A program made the position numbers and the translations under genes. A stretch of 62,010 nt of DNA from Candidatus Micrarchaeia archaeon (GTDB taxonomy: Archaea; Micrarchaeota; Micrarchaeia; Anstonellales; Bilamarchaeaceae): positions 1-62,010 of the forward strand of contig JAWOLP010000003.1 in assembly GCA_033853355.1 (NCBI GenBank), read 5' to 3'. The notes below the pieces were generated by a model. The model did not search any database. It was not told where the DNA came from and worked only from the letters and a program-made list of their open reading frames with translations. Below are positions 30,601-35,083 of this stretch, one piece after another. Numbering within the stretch: the first letter of the stretch is position 1; each line of letters starts with the position of its first letter.

Positions 30601-33033
30601 GGTGCGCTGAGTCTGGCGCTCCGGCGTGAGCCGGTCGGCCGGCACGCTCGCCATCCTCGCGTAGGTCACGGCCATGTCGAAGACGGCGTTGTAAGCGGTG
30701 GGATCCTCGCTCCGCGCGGCGCGGAGCGCCAGGTCGAAGTAGGCGCGGCTGTTTATTATCGCGCGGTAATTCCTGCCGGCGACGAGCGCGCTCTCGTAGA
30801 TGCCCCTCTGCTCGTAGACCGCGAGCACCCTGCCCGCGGCCGTGCGCTCCAGCTCGCCGGCGCTCATCTGCCTGCACGCTTCGAGCAGGCCGCGCTTGTC
30901 CTCGGTGGTGGTGAGCTTCGTGTAAGTGGTGGCGGCGTTCCGGTACGCGGTGCCGTCGTCCAGCCTTCCGGCTATGGTGGCGTCGATCGAGTATGTGAAT
31001 ATCTGCCCGAGGGCGGCCCGGTCCCCCCTGTTGTTGCGTATCGTCGTGACCATGGCCGTGCCGGTCGCCATCAGGTCGTCGGCCCTCTGCTGGACCGCGG
31101 CGTTGGCGTCGACATGGGCGAGGTAGGTGATCGCGGCCTCGTCATCGGCGAGGTTCAGGCTCTGGTCGCGCCGGGCCTCGGCGATCCGCCCCCTCATCAC
31201 CGCCGCGTACTGGGGATCCGAGCCCATCCTCGCGGCCATCCGCTGCCTCGTCGCATCTATCTCCTCCTGGGTGGCAGGCTCCTGGCCGGCGGCGAGCCGC
31301 GAGTTTATCCTCTCGAGCTCGGCTATCGCCCTCTCCATTCCGGGCCTCGCTTCCGCCGGGAGCCTGGGCAGCTCCGCCCTGAACTCCGCAGCGCGGTTCG
31401 AGCCGTCTATGTAAAGCATGACCGCCTGGATGTACTCAGGCCCCTGGGTCTCGAGATTGTGCGAGAGGGCCTCGGCATCCCTGCGCTTGTTCTCGTCCCC
31501 GCTGATGTACATCTCGGCGAGCGAGGACTGCGCCATCGCGATCCTCGGATCGCCGCCGCTCGAGAGCAGCGTGAGCCCGCGGTTGTAGATCGTCGTCGCG
31601 CCCTGGCGGACCGGATCGGCCACGTTCGAGCCCCTCCCCATCCGCGCGTTCATGCTCTTCTCTATCTCCACGGCCGCCCGCGCCCTCTGGAGATCGTCCG
31701 CCGTGGATTCCGCACCCAGCCTCCCGGATATGCCCTGGAGGAGGGTCGCGGTCTGGCCGCTCTCCCTCTCAGCGGCCCTGTTCAGCTCGCCGCTCAGCGA
31801 GCGCGAGAGGGTCCCCCTCAGCGTGCCCATCGCGGTCTGCACGTCCGCGGGCTCCATCCCCTCCCTCGTCGCCGCGGCGGCCTGGGCGACCACGTCCCTC
31901 CTGAAATTTGCCGAAGCTCGGTCCGGATGGTTCCGGATCTCTTCGGCCGCGAACATCATGACGTTGAAATCCCCGTAGCTCCCGCCCCGCGCGAGCATGT
32001 TGATCGCCGAGACGAACACCGCCTGCGCCTGGGGCCTTATCGCTTCCGGCGTGTCGTTGAGCTCGGTGACGGCGAGCTTGTAGGCGTTCACCCTCATCGC
32101 GAGGCGGCGCATCTCCTCGTCCGTGACCTGCTCGGGGTGCTCCCTGAGCCTGGTCTCCATGTCTCCTATGTCCCGCATTATCGCGAGGCCGGCATCCCGG
32201 AGCGGCCCGGTGGTCCCCTGGGCGAGCTCCTCTATGCGCTCCCCTTCCCGCCCGAAGGCCCAGGCAGCCCTCGTCCGCCGGTCGTCCTGGGCGCTCCTGA
32301 TCCCGTTCTCGACGTTGTCGAGCCTGGTCCCCGCCTCGGCGAGCCCCTGCGCGTCCATCGTCTGGCCCTGGCTTATGAAATTGACCGCCGAGCCAAGGGC
32401 TCCGAGCGCCTGCGCGCCGTCCCGGCTCATGAGGAAGTCCCTGTTCGAGAGGAACATGTTGACGCCGCGCATCATCGCGTCCCCCCTCTCCGTCTGCCCC
32501 GCGCCGTAAGCGTTCAGCGCGAACGTGACGTCCGAGAGGAGCGCGGTCGAGAGCTGGTTCGGCAGCCCGGCGACGTTTATCTGGCGCACCGCCGAGATAG
32601 CCTCGGGCAGGTGCTCCACCTGGCGCTGCGTCCGGCGGAATATCTCCGCCGCCTGGTCAGGATGCCCGGTCTCGAGGAGCTGCTTCGCGCGGTCGAGGTC
32701 CTGCTCCCACTGCTGGATGCGCGTCTCGACCCCGCCGAGCTGCTGGTGGGCCATGACGTCGAGGCCGGCTCTCATCTCGTCTATCCTGGAGCCGAGCCTC
32801 GCGCGCTCCTGCCGGTCGTTCAGCCCGAACCTCCGGTCGATGTCGCGGCCGACCGCGACGGCCGAGGCGGCGCTCCTCTCAGCGGCCTCGAGCGTGGTCA
32901 TGACCTGCGCGGTCGGAGGAGTCCTCTGGGCCTGCGGCGCGGCGAGCTGCCTCATTATGTCCTCGGCGGCCTCAAGGGGCCTGGCCGAGAAACCGCCTCC
33001 TCCCTCCCTTTCTCTCTGCGCTTGGGGTGACAT
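12685..33033 (-). CDS. Giant (6,782 aa) multi-domain membrane protein with three kinase-like modules
   Basis: A single uninterrupted 20,349-nt ORF. Every other long ORF in this span is a shadow with Arg/Pro/Gly-dominated composition. It contains the helical N-terminal third, a TM cluster, a coiled coil, PKL modules, Gly/Arg/Pro linkers and internal repeats listed under findings. Confidence 0.9.
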   Translation of the reverse strand: MSPQAQREREGGGGFSARPLEAAEDIMRQLAAPQAQRTPPTAQVMTTLEAAERSAASAVAVGRDIDRRFGLNDRQERARLGSRIDEMRAGLDVMAHQQLGGVETRIQQWEQDLDRAKQLLETGHPDQAAEIFRRTQRQVEHLPEAISAVRQINVAGLPNQLSTALLSDVTFALNAYGAGQTERGDAMMRGVNMFLSNRDFLMSRDGAQALGALGSAVNFISQGQTMDAQGLAEAGTRLDNVENGIRSAQDDRRTRAAWAFGREGERIEELAQGTTGPLRDAGLAIMRDIGDMETRLREHPEQVTDEEMRRLAMRVNAYKLAVTELNDTPEAIRPQAQAVFVSAINMLARGGSYGDFNVMMFAAEEIRNHPDRASANFRRDVVAQAAAATREGMEPADVQTAMGTLRGTLSRSLSGELNRAAERESGQTATLLQGISGRLGAESTADDLQRARAAVEIEKSMNARMGRGSNVADPVRQGATTIYNRGLTLLSSGGDPRIAMAQSSLAEMYISGDENKRRDAEALSHNLETQGPEYIQAVMLYIDGSNRAAEFRAELPRLPAEARPGMERAIAELERINSRLAAGQEPATQEEIDATRQRMAARMGSDPQYAAVMRGRIAEARRDQSLNLADDEAAITYLAHVDANAAVQQRADDLMATGTAMVTTIRNNRGDRAALGQIFTYSIDATIAGRLDDGTAYRNAATTYTKLTTTEDKRGLLEACRQMSAGELERTAAGRVLAVYEQRGIYESALVAGRNYRAIINSRAYFDLALRAARSEDPTAYNAVFDMAVTYARMASVPADRLTPERQTQRTEAMNYVEGQLGNYFGSRDFRISGRRISQIGTTWRADLSRVTDLPIPRAILSGGSVAQALGGGTDQAATDRGLNELNTRQGAITTHLRNSEDLEFLTTGVFGRSDAQNARSEAAWRREAARLHRQGDLAHARGDQVAERFYRRQEALADPAFMGTSRAAAERIYFQGRAEQNAALTFSTELNNVDSAPIADVNRRIGELIPQLPPQMQARANRLREEAGTDEGRTRQLYRFLLQQQVLQHSQNGELLIRTATGIRDGVASLDTSMTSVASRHRESGRFDATVAVRTFIGLGTGQRVNLLGEPVDEQGHPYPPGQPPPTPAQGAPIPVINPDRFLLAQRTLQVGTAVINQELSKTRQTQSLVAQGRQLQAQNVETIKGLINQMIDRVEDPATREGFRQNLTDAGNDLALLQEVYRQVGYATNTRTTDDSGHDYYDASQHDRNATSGINLAYAERFDASNSMLRRTRLGIRAASGRQQVWIDDANFRRQYGEMSPDNPFIGVVSTEAPVSQPGQTTTVPWLGVTPRPEVIDTLISHLPPSSEREQLRQRLSNIPAGPEGDAQRQGMMDELLNREVYDPNTQRQRRMGDVVGGGDLFYYHAVDYDGRFARNQALIESGQYDAAEAGLGQVEGEMSRAAAITRQDVNVTRTTIAAWSSRNSANHAGDEFQEAMPTDEDDVRGRGEVEDRNNALQQPISYLAGSMRRDGGDWDSARAANEDARDRLLAGGSILQVNPYLAMVMIEGIPADRMNEIGPNGRTYAQMHSDLLASMTGTPDWRRAQQLSGEIYGALSSNAADFRSGLNAARQSHLQGWDSSIDAQLEAAATTLEVGARHQQRVVGWEYARKFIRAGQQDLRSADQSQRYRLETSEEMRDEERAHGWAPHRYTDEAYREFAARRFEGAMAATSEQNDFRFYDMLVRNEAVAAPIYEFRGQPREWHDDSRHGGYAYITVYSDLRGNFGMGGRGGRSIGFADELGGLNYREARELTSFADDDIWDHVRPVMEQRAEDRTTLELATLGVGRVWHGNDGSLSTTHAEGEGYWGLSRLHNTPQQTAALNEAYSQFMQLDGEVESVIFAHDSPWGADPQQVFFDRMSARQGSARDSGLSAIGRLNIVPVSTATGEIQFEAPDLDRSATLLASSVPFVQNQQGQWVDTNDQTTVDARASMGRYRSAYRVTVAVGKFAVATVGIVAAPATGGASLVLTAGVGAMGIAEGIEQREQMGKWTAGSIFTVSVGVVTTVLPFAGELAAAGRGAAALNEAATLMNETEQAVNAARLAGASRATIEAINTWTEGTSAAAQATRTLSFGQRAWQLAWGAEDLSIAQRAIHLTGNALAVSGAGQFAYQMPSMIRSVQNGDMTWWEASFYGFQTVIQPLVAARYAQLRSAPGEEGIPRYVPRWRQVIEAGLLGVPMQSGEVHAMALDYSRLQGEIGRMPIAERTTYRASLGDRPLAPSIERGVLSDYNATRAAGGVRNFEEYAASPAGRRTIESARSENNYQAFERAMNSGGVSSIEEFERSGNNGQPFPLDNAQRAYIRARLGGAEPADAFTASTRAAAPPAPQAQPRTRMESLRAAAETRRTEADMSAFRARVESANFTSRAVAPDGQATYTIGRGEEAITYTQQHVETASDMIFHTERILRENPDFASLPEARRNEILANVPERIRSQVSDLVFDPEFARAARAQGGPDTPTELRLALGKASYVADIAADPRVMDAGYATEVRPVIESPELVPRDLAEHAEGRRNDAQGMRDQAFELRRDAQSTVHSDVERQGMLESATALENRATALEHSADRIDAAYRRRATPADIRERAAGARAEARGLHDQAEQTRSSFREEETRLANDPELLARRRSQMEEDVARIEARAAALEDRARGFDSLAREREEALAPTAPPAAHEEGRTVPRAPNEAVRQEAQPLTAQQQARAQELMSARGMSREAAEAFVRDEAARPNAVPLAVEEHLGEQGFQGMPTEYQSRRITLRDGSTTTLSEAPRARLLRRIDNTEDSVGSTAGVWEAEIMVDGQPRRVAVKVFKDPFNRGQPPTAEQWENLFGFVTGRPAAEGRPSTMGEAGNLDTIGGMTYRSPDGRELPVGPGFYRFVNVDGNIAIAMDLLPGMYIGDMNPTQIREFVRPETYQQIQRIGETLEANGYGMHDFQFIVVFPPEAQIPTGLSGAARRQFIENWHTTINGREVRAGDVVLMDAGGLYRAADEPHSTFSPTREADSARWTGNNVLINDHLARLTATATDAAAQPQARAQAQADLRAMEGFMREVEPNVRAEDPMGEVTRRYMLVGNRETRAAARLDEIRQTDPARAQEIEGAFRRFERDTGIPEGTLLPVRAGEVPAAAVREGTTGLPVEEQPTLVPTRPPEGQPVARRAGPEEVTTPGGRRVTPTATPEEVTTPGGRRRGGGGEGAPPAIGEGGGGPVAAPRGGGRGGPAARGEEIAHNVEDITTAEVARQRAQVESGMPPQSREVLDVAEALMGKRGDMSRTDARARLQEWEAARDPRAAAVERLTSTTSTVSRIFETASPVERAIFADEIARAPEGEPVERTLERAYDGIARMRPTPDTSAEMLAQARELGAMPDSAQRIEALKRTGRDELAGALDLAMRTRDPQVRERIGNEWEASRVARRREDSIAAARSARRPEDVAASDVAAIREFGRSRNMDPDLVDSIAHDYGQGGAEGRLRVLDGMGVRPFAAQRDSIARNEQIVESLQQRVNDLAPDDPARAPLERELNNRRTALQTERATLEANANGLFDLVVRGNLQQRIAGLPGFEDATITGVTHLGGLRGIYRVELSGGRHLFVKAEDVAPAAFGARMAQAEGLMSSGIHSGFSYDTGVAYTDPITGAPAQARQEFGIIEDIRTLVGRDVEIRLPDGRVQTQRVEGIEMVTDILAHPDPNNPVHRAFYELLSTPQGRQRIAEAWRAYQEMSRRAGLMDRYRRNSAFSLSRGSDNQVNITFQPIDTDGVGTRIYSRPETGRTDLSVFNRDFADGTAAFMLDLTRASQQAQGIGGTGGPLMQGGAVSLSQLHSDFFSPQAERGARLPADTPEMRARANAEIQSYDGQPFGIGFNAYNSAENPNIGDMVLQGGRLRIVERADGRVAMHADEQARVSDQLAAGQGEFVAGQRDMVNTELSTRITGVAERIARGESVSRDTPGYEIAEALARDPAFAGADQAARREMAARAIESATGEAVRPGAPAHEPSAPEIEIVEGEPTSASRRRGPQPPPLPQEVTPGMIEEVQPAAPPPQEQGVTTPSRGRRPSPPPAERAAVREVSDAEVNAFLARYREGLENAHAINADDPAFEFSNVMMERYRLPEGASFSEIRAANRRALEDLRNPSPELIAAAREVLARRAEPYAFEAYALRQAGQPPAPAAHEETTTPQRVRPPSPAAHEEVTTPARAGRAPEEAHVEPQPAPVVHERALSGPGELGNLAARAINNDPGAAADIAGINEAGRNAIEGYRRTVDGMLAQGTRRHGLIEFSVELTNAQNEVGGVSTALQWVAGAPGPGGRPGLVEFTEVYTNNAAAGHDDAVALFNKFPPEVQGLIRDFIAQRAGAHDETALARDFSGRITNEIQTRGTAASDEFFARYGIRPNAFEALAMRNLGPRAVDALMHFHTMPPEVQRLVGEFITARPNAFDEDALAQAYSQHIHGAFEAQGVQATYEAYRQSGNMPADPVEALTIRYLTQNGTVSPETLPHDQQMAAYNQAAEFRAMAREYAAGGRPITDVSDLALAARQAAPPTQMEAAALGYGNARNAAAAYRFVNDAARARAAQNGRPGSPTPEDYMFGAMLARTVGTREQPPARMEGVIGAFDPVENQGTPQAGIRAHVDVAVSTPDGVNLYVRVFSDRVTVIGADPQGVIGRAEWPGPDVQAAYIRYAQTRYGQQLNDAFEAAGRFIDDAAFRPESGVGRNERTAMLARARSAIEGHPDLVPARMGVDQITDAFQTNDGAARSNAEGGFRRLDRAHQDQVITELRFFGRRAEADYLSSIRRPEPADVVEAYRSGNPARVRQAQEDFARMPIERQQETLAQMRSQGLENRAGALAGRMIIDHFSTMDANHLDIVAQEFSRLQPEQQEAVVGELHRRGLHEGATYLNELGSLSRGPVGDAIGRIYGIGRNELTQIYANANNIQEARGALARRLGIELEPFAWANMPDRSWVSEPYRGFNRPEDDHFLFGMLLSGDMPGHVADIIRGMYPPGENAVGRIHSIEFHNGAVGAYEVRVEVTRQVERPGGVRENVTEMRTLYVKRQNLLPDAAGAEYSRATGIPAPEIHTATAEGDMRYTMADGTGTRYGILESMGDFRGTIRRGNLDIEVRARAEMGIRQVLELRSAYETLRTSTNEAERAQAQQMIDRFTPQQIQLYERVMGTLTSPDQAVRARFWEELGFTLTGSYAIGLWDRHEINLRVMDLEITQPLSDAQIAQMRREGTNVVRDPDGTLRIENPTVGGIDTDAAGVYMAQEIGGNYWFGNMNHRFGNTDLHRMFDVLSHVTGRSVPDLVHEAFGNVQISRDPHGAISITGDFNGGMAAGGRRFWTEFGNNATYRADITRRFNSHAGEPMGMGYPLGPVEIGMIRSPGGAAQFNSPQSGDPISFVIYDDGRSENRPSYEISYGSNLANIHPGILNMFRPGEEMLVFQVTPEIVAALPPEAGPRVGVIDYTGAGGAVVKRVGVIAANDPLAVQLQEAGVPLIRARRDIPPSTFAANRTELPPEVFTLGILRGDPGFSELTGINSTAVGPVPVFNGLMHAGQGFMNNQFVEIGGWILDRENAVRPNNPPPQPAPGNLHPAAPADAVAAPHPVDPQPHVSQGNINRASAPPPPPGEIPGTPGQAQPVPPQGGPGGTIRMGGAPPVASPGRIEVHGSDLIHPMSAQTYESALTAAPLNDRQRGYVRGHFTGEREPFELAVGNAVGIIKGLENINAIGTGPLEVRGYYDRTNGRVVQVGEGEVPPERRANAVEFTLTIDRQTGRITAVTEPMPRLADLGDLVGLQVMEGGGRGGGGGGRPPGGGGPGPRLGPEDVTPVVPVNISQIPTPRLDMNVPEQRGELASRLASTDPEVRRQAVNRFNSLPTQQEKDMVGADLAISLRLGDVNGLAQFARRVMPTESGAVRDQEATDQLAMLPQPVRDAVNRLAGSRRFRNNAQTPEALNRYLGERREQGIRGPGYAQVEGARMEINGAVDQILPTQQAEAANMGIPQQQPPLRVVGREVGQPAQPQEGMEPARAMGSNFFDPGGPFRRHVERSVIDGPVMRDDGSIRIRSSGGGGAPQVLHVSGMEGRAANEITLDRGGQVEIGRRIIAGDEIARARFNSLPPEQQQQIVAATMEEGVTIEGRQLRITSEEDVSAFARAVVRGDPQAVALREIMPEAMRSRFDALIADPALRMQAVIEPHYADIIPMIGRPGGMAELDAYLQRNAGIAPADLASAREMVLGSQQGREAVLNMARRTLNLEEPEGIADFARRLIANDPAAVERFNLLPRVVRGQIEQFRRNPNFLTQESKLRAAAGRVSNELLDMELRMGPEPAVAPGSTLERARDAGLRDLRRVNYYDQRLSEITVEEGGRLVVRDESAPGRVYRLNDAMLWEVTDPVFGTRAVRTSESGVLSFVLAQRYAAYRDGIYNRVLENEFNAQSQYRTIEEYRQHIESAIPQQLRTNFGRFGDINDSGALLASVMDFVRSAPNTRLTDAQMQFIANRISEQLGVGAVDITAMRVGDVRMQDLAGQVVRMAEAVVHDNSGRNRVYLWRDGGGFMAADAVLSQALGIDPPRGVLLNRVAFGQAGVGRTAAGRVDPVEATAFFDRTVGGMVETARQESASASGDRFASFNASLVRQIVARRASDPQFDAACTQMLGYLERSGVINPGSPVVFDGVLVDSSSRTLLPFTKALLESVYGERVHVDIQYFHVASGYEFLPNYNTPQQLIDNVESAGANNSFIRNNQDYGRLDTHGGVRMRDSLMYFLMLRNQAIQGNPQ
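17200..18000 (-). other. Atypical PKL module B of giant ORF 1 (DRHxxN catalytic loop)
   Basis: MRTLYVKRQNLLPDAAGAEYSRATGI ... YAIGLWDRHEINLRVM (codons at 17380-17397) ... VGGIDTDAAGVY (17221-17253). The DRHxxN plus (I/V)D pattern is the PI3K/PI4K-type kinase signature. Confidence 0.5.
21650..22300 (-). other. Atypical PKL module A of giant ORF 1 (degenerate catalytic loop)
   Basis: GGRHLFVKAEDVAPAAFGARMAQAEGL ... GLMDRYRRNSAFSL ... FQPIDTDGVG. It is colinear with module B, but the His of DRHxxN is replaced (DRYRRN). Confidence 0.4.
23990..24600 (-). other. Protein-kinase-like (PKL) domain K1 of giant ORF 1
   Basis: GSTAGVWEAEIMVDGQPRRVAVKVFKD (Gly-loop plus VAxK Lys), IAIAMDLLPG (hinge), GMHDFQFIV (catalytic Asp) and GDVVLMDAGG (metal-binding Asp). 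This is a RIO/Bud32/APH-like pattern. Confidence 0.55.
26850..27095 (-). other. Transmembrane module of giant ORF 1 (AAPxTGGxS motif)
   Basis: YRVTVAVGKFAVATVGIVAAPATGGASLVLTAGVGAMGIAEGI...WTAGSIFTVSVGVVTTVLPFAGELAAAG is the only strongly hydrophobic cluster in the protein. It is homologous to 38650-39170. Confidence 0.65.
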
Positions 33034-33037
33034 GGGA

Positions 33038-33394
33038 TCACTTCGCGTAGTTGTAGCAGATGTCGCTGAATTCCCTGAGGATCTCGACCCTCGAGTTCAT
33101 GTCCTCTTTCTTGGCCATGGCGAGGAGCATCTTCTTCTCCCAGTTGGCCAGCGCGTCGTGGAAATACCGCAGGCGCTCTATGCGCGGCTTGTAATCCACA
33201 GGCTTGTCCTTCGATGCATCCCAGACCGCGATCGCGTTCTCGATCGCCGAGAGGGCCTTGTTCGCCTTCTCAAGGGCGTCCTTCTCGAGTCCTTCGACGT
33301 CGGAGAAATCGTACTGCTGCGCGCGGCTCTTGGCTGCGGCCGCCGGCGCTTTCTGTGGAGCTGCTTTCTTCACGACCATTCGATGCACCGCCAT
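33038..33394 (-). CDS. Small helical partner protein of giant ORF 1 (paralog of 35084-35419)
   Basis: 118 aa. Its stop lies 4 nt before the giant ORF ATG. LEKANKALSAIENAIAVWDASKDKPVDYKPRIERLRYFHDALANWEKK...VEILREFSDICYNY aligns with the partner of giant ORF 2. An alternative start (M6, 33379) fits the TATA at about 33402-33415 better. Confidence 0.75.
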   Translation of the reverse strand: MAVHRMVVKKAAPQKAPAAAAKSRAQQYDFSDVEGLEKDALEKANKALSAIENAIAVWDASKDKPVDYKPRIERLRYFHDALANWEKKMLLAMAKKEDMNSRVEILREFSDICYNYAK

Positions 33395-33401
33395 TTTCCG
33401 G

Positions 33402-33438
33402 ATATATTATATAGTATTCTATCGGTGCGTTTAAATAG
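33402..33438 (-). promoter_or_regulatory. Putative promoter of the partner / giant ORF 1 / small ORF operon
   Basis: On the minus strand the region reads CTATTTAAAC...ACTATATAATATATCC immediately upstream of the partner gene. It is the only AT-rich stretch between the HEAT gene stop and the partner start. Confidence 0.45.
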
Positions 33439-33523
33439 TGATTCACGAAAAAACGTCCTGAAAGCCGGCCCTCTCCGGTTGCAGGCGGCGCGATCGCCGC
33501 GAGCCCGAAAATGACCGGTGAAT

Positions 33524-34381
33524 TCACATCCTTCCGGCCAGCGCGAGCGCGTACGTCCGGTCATCCTCATCGAGCGATTTCGAGCCGATGACCTGGAGGT
33601 TGCCCTTCATGCCGAGGGAGGCGAGGGCGTCCATCGCCTTCCTGCGCAGCTCGCGGTCGGCCGAGTGGGCCGCGAAGGCGTTCATCATGTTGAGGTTCCC
33701 CCGGTATCTCCTGAAATCCTTGGCGAGCGAGGCGAGGCAGAAATCCCTCACGTCCGGATGGAACGCCGAGGAGGCGAGATGCTCGACCGCGGCCCTGTTG
33801 CCGCTCTCGACGAAATGCCTGGCCACCTTCATCCTGATCCCCGCGTCCTCCGAAGAATTGGCGAGTGCGAAGAGGGGAGCCGCGTCGTTCTCCCGCACGA
33901 GCGAATCCGCCTGCGCCTCCAGCACCCGCATGGCGTTATGCCGCGAGCGCGGGTCCGCGGACCTCTGCCTGTATTCGAGGAGCTCGGAGCGGAGCCTCAT
34001 GGCAGAGAGGCGCTCCAGCGCCCCTGATGCGATGTCCCCGTGCCCGCTGGACATGCATGCTATCAGCGACCGCCAGTCCTTCCTCGAGGCTAGCTCGTCC
34101 AGCGAGGCCTTCCTCAGGCTTCCGTCCTCTGATGAGAGGCACTGCTGGACCAGGTAAGCCGCGTCGCGCCCCCCCAGAGGGCCTGCATCGCCGGCGGTCG
34201 CGCCGAAAGCGGACGGGGCCGCGATGCTCTCCAGCATGGGGGCCGGCGGCTGGCGCGGCCTGAAATCGTCGATGCGCAGGACCTTCCCACCCTCACGCCT
34301 CCCCCAGAGCCTCATACCGTCTTTCTTAGGATGCGAACGTATTACAATGCCTTCCAATTCCCCGCTCCCGCCCCGTGCCAT
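33524..34381 (-). CDS. HEAT-repeat protein
   Basis: Repeated HEAT-like units: DPRSRHNAMRVLEAQ, DAGIRMKVARHFVESG, HPDVRDFCLASLAK, DRELRRKAMDALASLG and DEDDRTYALALAGRM. The ATG at 34381 (MARGGSG) is chosen because the AT-rich TATA region 34392-34412 lies inside the longer track ORF. Confidence 0.65.
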   Translation of the reverse strand: MARGGSGELEGIVIRSHPKKDGMRLWGRREGGKVLRIDDFRPRQPPAPMLESIAAPSAFGATAGDAGPLGGRDAAYLVQQCLSSEDGSLRKASLDELASRKDWRSLIACMSSGHGDIASGALERLSAMRLRSELLEYRQRSADPRSRHNAMRVLEAQADSLVRENDAAPLFALANSSEDAGIRMKVARHFVESGNRAAVEHLASSAFHPDVRDFCLASLAKDFRRYRGNLNMMNAFAAHSADRELRRKAMDALASLGMKGNLQVIGSKSLDEDDRTYALALAGRM

Positions 34382-34391
34382 GCGTTTTTTG

Positions 34392-34446
34392 TGTTTAAAT
34401 ATGTTTAAAAAAGATTTGTTAGCGCTTGCTAACATATTAAATAGCC
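34392..34446. promoter_or_regulatory. AT-rich bidirectional control region of the giant-protein locus, with a palindrome
   Basis: TTTAAATA (34394-34401) and TTTAAAAAA (34404-34412) lie between the divergent starts at 34381 and 34447. The palindrome TGTTAGC-GCTT-GCTAACA occupies 34417-34434, between the TATA and the plus-strand start. Confidence 0.5.
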
Positions 34447-35079
34447 ATGAACAGAATGCTTCTCATGGCTGGCGAATCCGTTGACTCCGGGCGGCTCGAA
34501 CTCATGCTCGCCGGGGCTGAGGGCAACGTCGAGGGGGCGTACGGTTTCTTCTCGATGATGCTCAAGAACGACGAGAAGCGGGCGCCTGAATCCTTGCGCG
34601 AGGACAAGCTGTCATCGGTCAAGGCCGACATGGACGGGGCGGACCGGAACGTGGCCGCCCTCTTCAGGCTGGTCGTCGAGCGGTACTTCGAGGACCAGGC
34701 GGCCGGGATCGCCCCTGCCGGAGGCTATTCCGCCGACAACCAGTCCAGGCTGATCAAGGCGAGCGTCCTCCTGCTCATGAGCGTCCGCGTCCGCCGGATG
34801 GAGCATCTCGCGCGAGCGGGCTCCACCATCTCTTTCCTCTCGATGCTCAAGAGCCTCAGCGCCAAGCTCCTCTCGTTCAGCGCAAGCGCCCCGGAGCAGC
34901 CGCTTGAGAACGTCTACGCTTTCTACCATTACGACGCCTACCCGCTCCTGCGGGCGCTTTGCGAGGCCAGCGGGCTGGGCTACTCCCGAGAGCTCGGCGC
35001 TGCGCTCGCAGAGCCGCAGATCAAAGGCGACATCTCGCGGATGCTGGACGAAGCGCTCAAAGGATATTACAAAGGATGA
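34447..35079 (+). CDS. Hypothetical protein (first gene of the giant ORF 2 operon)
   Basis: 210 aa with helical composition. No family recognised. It ends 4 nt before the small partner gene. Confidence 0.6.
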   Translation: MNRMLLMAGESVDSGRLELMLAGAEGNVEGAYGFFSMMLKNDEKRAPESLREDKLSSVKADMDGADRNVAALFRLVVERYFEDQAAGIAPAGGYSADNQSRLIKASVLLLMSVRVRRMEHLARAGSTISFLSMLKSLSAKLLSFSASAPEQPLENVYAFYHYDAYPLLRALCEASGLGYSRELGAALAEPQIKGDISRMLDEALKGYYKG

Positions 35080-35083
35080 CTCT

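Noticed and set aside
12695-33030. Dozens of long ORFs on both strands inside the giant ORF 1 span, for example 31114-33030 (+, 638 aa), 28111-30453 (+, 780 aa), 25583-27628 (-, 681 aa), 17773-19524 (+, 583 aa), 23278-24651 (+, 457 aa), 14425-15648 (+, 407 aa) and 19927-21117 (+, 396 aa).
   Set aside because: All are nested in or antisense to one continuous 6,782-aa frame that has recognisable motifs and normal composition. The alternatives are dominated by Arg/Pro/Gly/Ala/His, as expected for stop-poor off-frames in GC-rich DNA.
33038-33394. Assigning the small partner proteins to the WXG100/ESAT-6 family.
   Set aside because: The size and helical-hairpin character are reminiscent, but the turn motif is W-D-A, not W-x-G. 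I have no profile evidence, so I keep this as a loose analogy only.
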